Shown here piece by piece: positions 62,001-64,000 of a DNA stretch of 64,000 nt; within the stretch, counting starts at the first letter, position 1; the number at the start of each line of letters is the position of its first letter. The translations under genes and the position numbers were made by a program. The notes under the pieces are model-generated. The model saw only the letters and a program-made list of their open reading frames with translations, had not been told where the DNA came from and made no database searches. This DNA is from Anaeramoeba ignava BMAN (taxonomy: Eukaryota; Protista; Anaeramoebae). The stretch is from assembly GCA_028826165.1 (NCBI GenBank), contig JAPDFW010000069.1:1-64000 (forward strand), read 5' to 3'.

Positions 62001-62112
62001 ACCTTATCAAAATTATCAACCAAGATCTAATTATTCAAATCAAAATAGAGGAAGACAAACTCCAAGAAATCCTCCTCATAATATGCCTAATATTAATCCA
62101 AACCAAAAATAA
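59018..62112 (+). CDS. Polyadenylate-binding-protein-like multi-RRM protein; ~5 exons; frameshift ~60090
   Basis: RNP2/RNP1 motifs LHVGNL..RYGYVNF, VIVKGL..GYGMANF, IYIKKF..YAFIDF, TGFVCF. YVGRAMKKAER resembles the PABP RRM3 linker. Q/P-rich termini; introns filled with (AAAATT)n. Confidence 0.8.
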
Positions 62113-62467
62113 TTTTTTTCAAGAAAACTTAGTTTCATTTCATTTCTTTTAAATTCAAATTCAATTAAATTCAAATTCAAATTCAATCAAATTCAAATTA
62201 AATTAAATTAAATTCAAATTAAATTTAAATTCAAATTCAAATTCAAATTCAAATTAAATTCAATTCAAATTCAAAATTAAAATTAAATTCAAATTCAAAA
62301 TTAAATTCAATTCAAATTAAAATTAGTGCTCCATCAAAAAAAAAAAGAAATTAAAAGAAAACAAGAAAAAAAATCAAAAAAAAATAATAAAAAGCAAACC
62401 AAACCAAATCAAATCTTTTTTTATATTTTGTGTTTTTGTTTTTGTTTTCAAAAAAAAAAAATCAAAA

Positions 62468-63578
62468 TTATTTTCTTGAACGATTTACAGAGAATGGATA
62501 AGAATAAGGATACTTATTTGAATTTTTGTTTTTTTGATTTTGATTTTGATTTTGATTTTGATTTTGATTTTGATTTTGATTTTGATTTAGATTTTGATTT
62601 CGATTTTGATTTTGATTTTGATTTTGATTTTGATTAAAACCAAAATTTGAATGAAAAGAATTTTTTTGAGGATTAGATTTAAAATGAGATTGATGAGCAT
62701 TTTGTTGTTCAGTAAAAGAATTATGTTGATTTTCAAATTGTTGATTTTTAGCCATTTGAAGTTGTTGTTCATAAAACTTCATTTTTTGAGAATTTTGAAA
62801 ATTTTGAGAATTTTGGGAATTTTGAGAATTTTGTAAATTTTGATAATTTTGATTTGAAAATTCATTCAAAGAATTATTTTTTCTTGAATCAACATTATCA
62901 AAAGCTTTCTGACCAGCAACCATATTTTGGTAAACAACAGGCTGGGAAAGAAGATCCGATAAGAGCTGACGGTAGCTTTCGAGTTCATGCTTTTGGTTGA
63001 TGCGGTACTGTTTCTCTAGTTCCAACTGGGATTTTAATTGGTGAATAAGATCAGTTAAATCTTCTCTAGTTTTTATAAGTTCCTCGCGTTCTGACTTTGC
63101 TTCTTCGATTTCCTGAAGCAATTTAACACGGGTCTGTTGGGGTCCGATATTCGGCATATTCCAGAGATCCTGGGTCTGTTCGCCCTGTTGGTGATTCTTG
63201 TGTCGCATCGTGTTGTTTGGCTGTTGGGGTGGCACTCGCGTCACCCCATCTTGTCGACTGTTTGATGGGAAATCCTTGATGCTGATATCCGTTCGATTGC
63301 TTGCTTGTAATCCCAAACACACTCTCCATTGGATTGCGTGAGTGCATTGCGTCAACTCCTCTTCCAGTTTCTTCAGTTTGATTGGCAAATTGATCCATTT
63401 CAGAATGAAATAATGTTTGTTGACTTGTTTCGGGAAAACGAAGTGGTTGATCCAAATGAGAGAAATCTCCGCTCTCTTGTAAATATCCTTTGTTCGCAAA
63501 GTTCTCTTGTTGAAATTCTCCTTGATTTCCTTGTTCAGTGTTTAAATTATGTGTAAAATATTCGCTGTTTGAATTCAT
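62468..63578 (-). CDS. Hypothetical Q/N-rich protein with coiled coil (two overlapping ORFs, frameshift ~63270; 5' end may extend further)
   Basis: Locally higher GC. ORF 63123..63578 and the 3' part of 62468..63499 both look coding. Coiled coil LLQEIEEAKSEREELIKTREDLTDLIHQLKSQLELEK. Confidence 0.6.
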
Positions 63579-64000
63579 TTTCCAAAAGTTGTTTCCGTTT
63601 TTTTTTTTTTTTTATTATAAAAAATAATTGCTTGTTTTAATTTGTTTTGGATTTTTTTCGCATAAATGAAGTTGTGTTACTTTAATTGATCAGGCTTTGT
63701 ATTATTAAATGGTTGTTGTTGATATTCAAATGAGTCAATTATCATTCCTTGTAAATTGTCAGTTTCTCCAAAATAATCGTCTTCAAAAGACTCGTTTTCT
63801 GGATGCCTGAATGAATAATATTCCCACATGTTTTGTTTATTTTTTTTTAGTTTTTTGATACAGTTTTTATTTTATTTTTATTTTATTTTTTTCTTTTATT
63901 TTTTTTTTATTAACTTTTAAATTGAAAAATTTAATAAGAAAAGTAAGAAAAATTTTATATTTTTTATATTTGTTTTTTTGTTCTATTTACCTTACGCTAA

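Noticed and set aside
2031-62772. Numerous ILILIL/KIKIKI/NFNFNF/IINL/LLID ORFs and short antisense ORFs
   Set aside because: These are translations of microsatellites or shadows of real genes on the other strand or frame
700-63300. About 11 frameshifts (~720, 1558, 14936, 18860, 37850, 38030, 38500, 41207, 47170, 60090, 63270) as programmed frameshifting or mass pseudogenisation
   Set aside because: Most lie in homopolymer or short-repeat runs, including in otherwise well-conserved genes. Two (~720, ~14936) read AATCGAA where AATCAA or AATGAA is expected, like a consensus containing both alleles. Assembly error is the simpler explanation.
1-64000. tRNA, rRNA or snRNA genes
   Set aside because: No GC-rich structured non-coding segment recognisable by eye. 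A tRNAscan-SE/Infernal run would be needed to exclude them.

Overview
Very AT-rich, gene-dense, intron-containing eukaryotic (protist) DNA. The standard code fits every model, and the gene content and repeat style resemble an anaerobic metamonad such as Anaeramoeba (inference, not verified). About 24 protein-coding loci are present: seven RCC1-repeat/BTB paralogs (four in a tandem array at 0.4-11.4 kb, two disrupted), a P-loop NTPase fused to a restriction-endonuclease-like domain (Crinkler/RHS-type architecture) inside that array, two BTB-BACK-TLDc genes, a UBTD/DC-UbP-like protein, a TPR protein with an organellar-presequence-like N-terminus, a calreticulin lacking its P-domain, NAD kinase, TFIIA-gamma, two USP deubiquitinases, an FG-GAP/FN3 type I membrane protein, a MARK-like kinase, casein kinase 1, a DH-PH RhoGEF, a PABP-like RRM protein and two unknown proteins. 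Introns and spacers are filled with microsatellites, and there is a ~164-bp satellite array. Many single-base frameshifts look like assembly errors. Most interesting: the RCC1-BTB family has a near-invariant scaffold with about 15 short hypervariable loops that appear swapped between neighbouring copies, like a diversified receptor/Cullin3-adaptor repertoire, and a putative NTPase-nuclease gene sits inside the array. All domain calls come from motifs recognised by eye; no searches were run.
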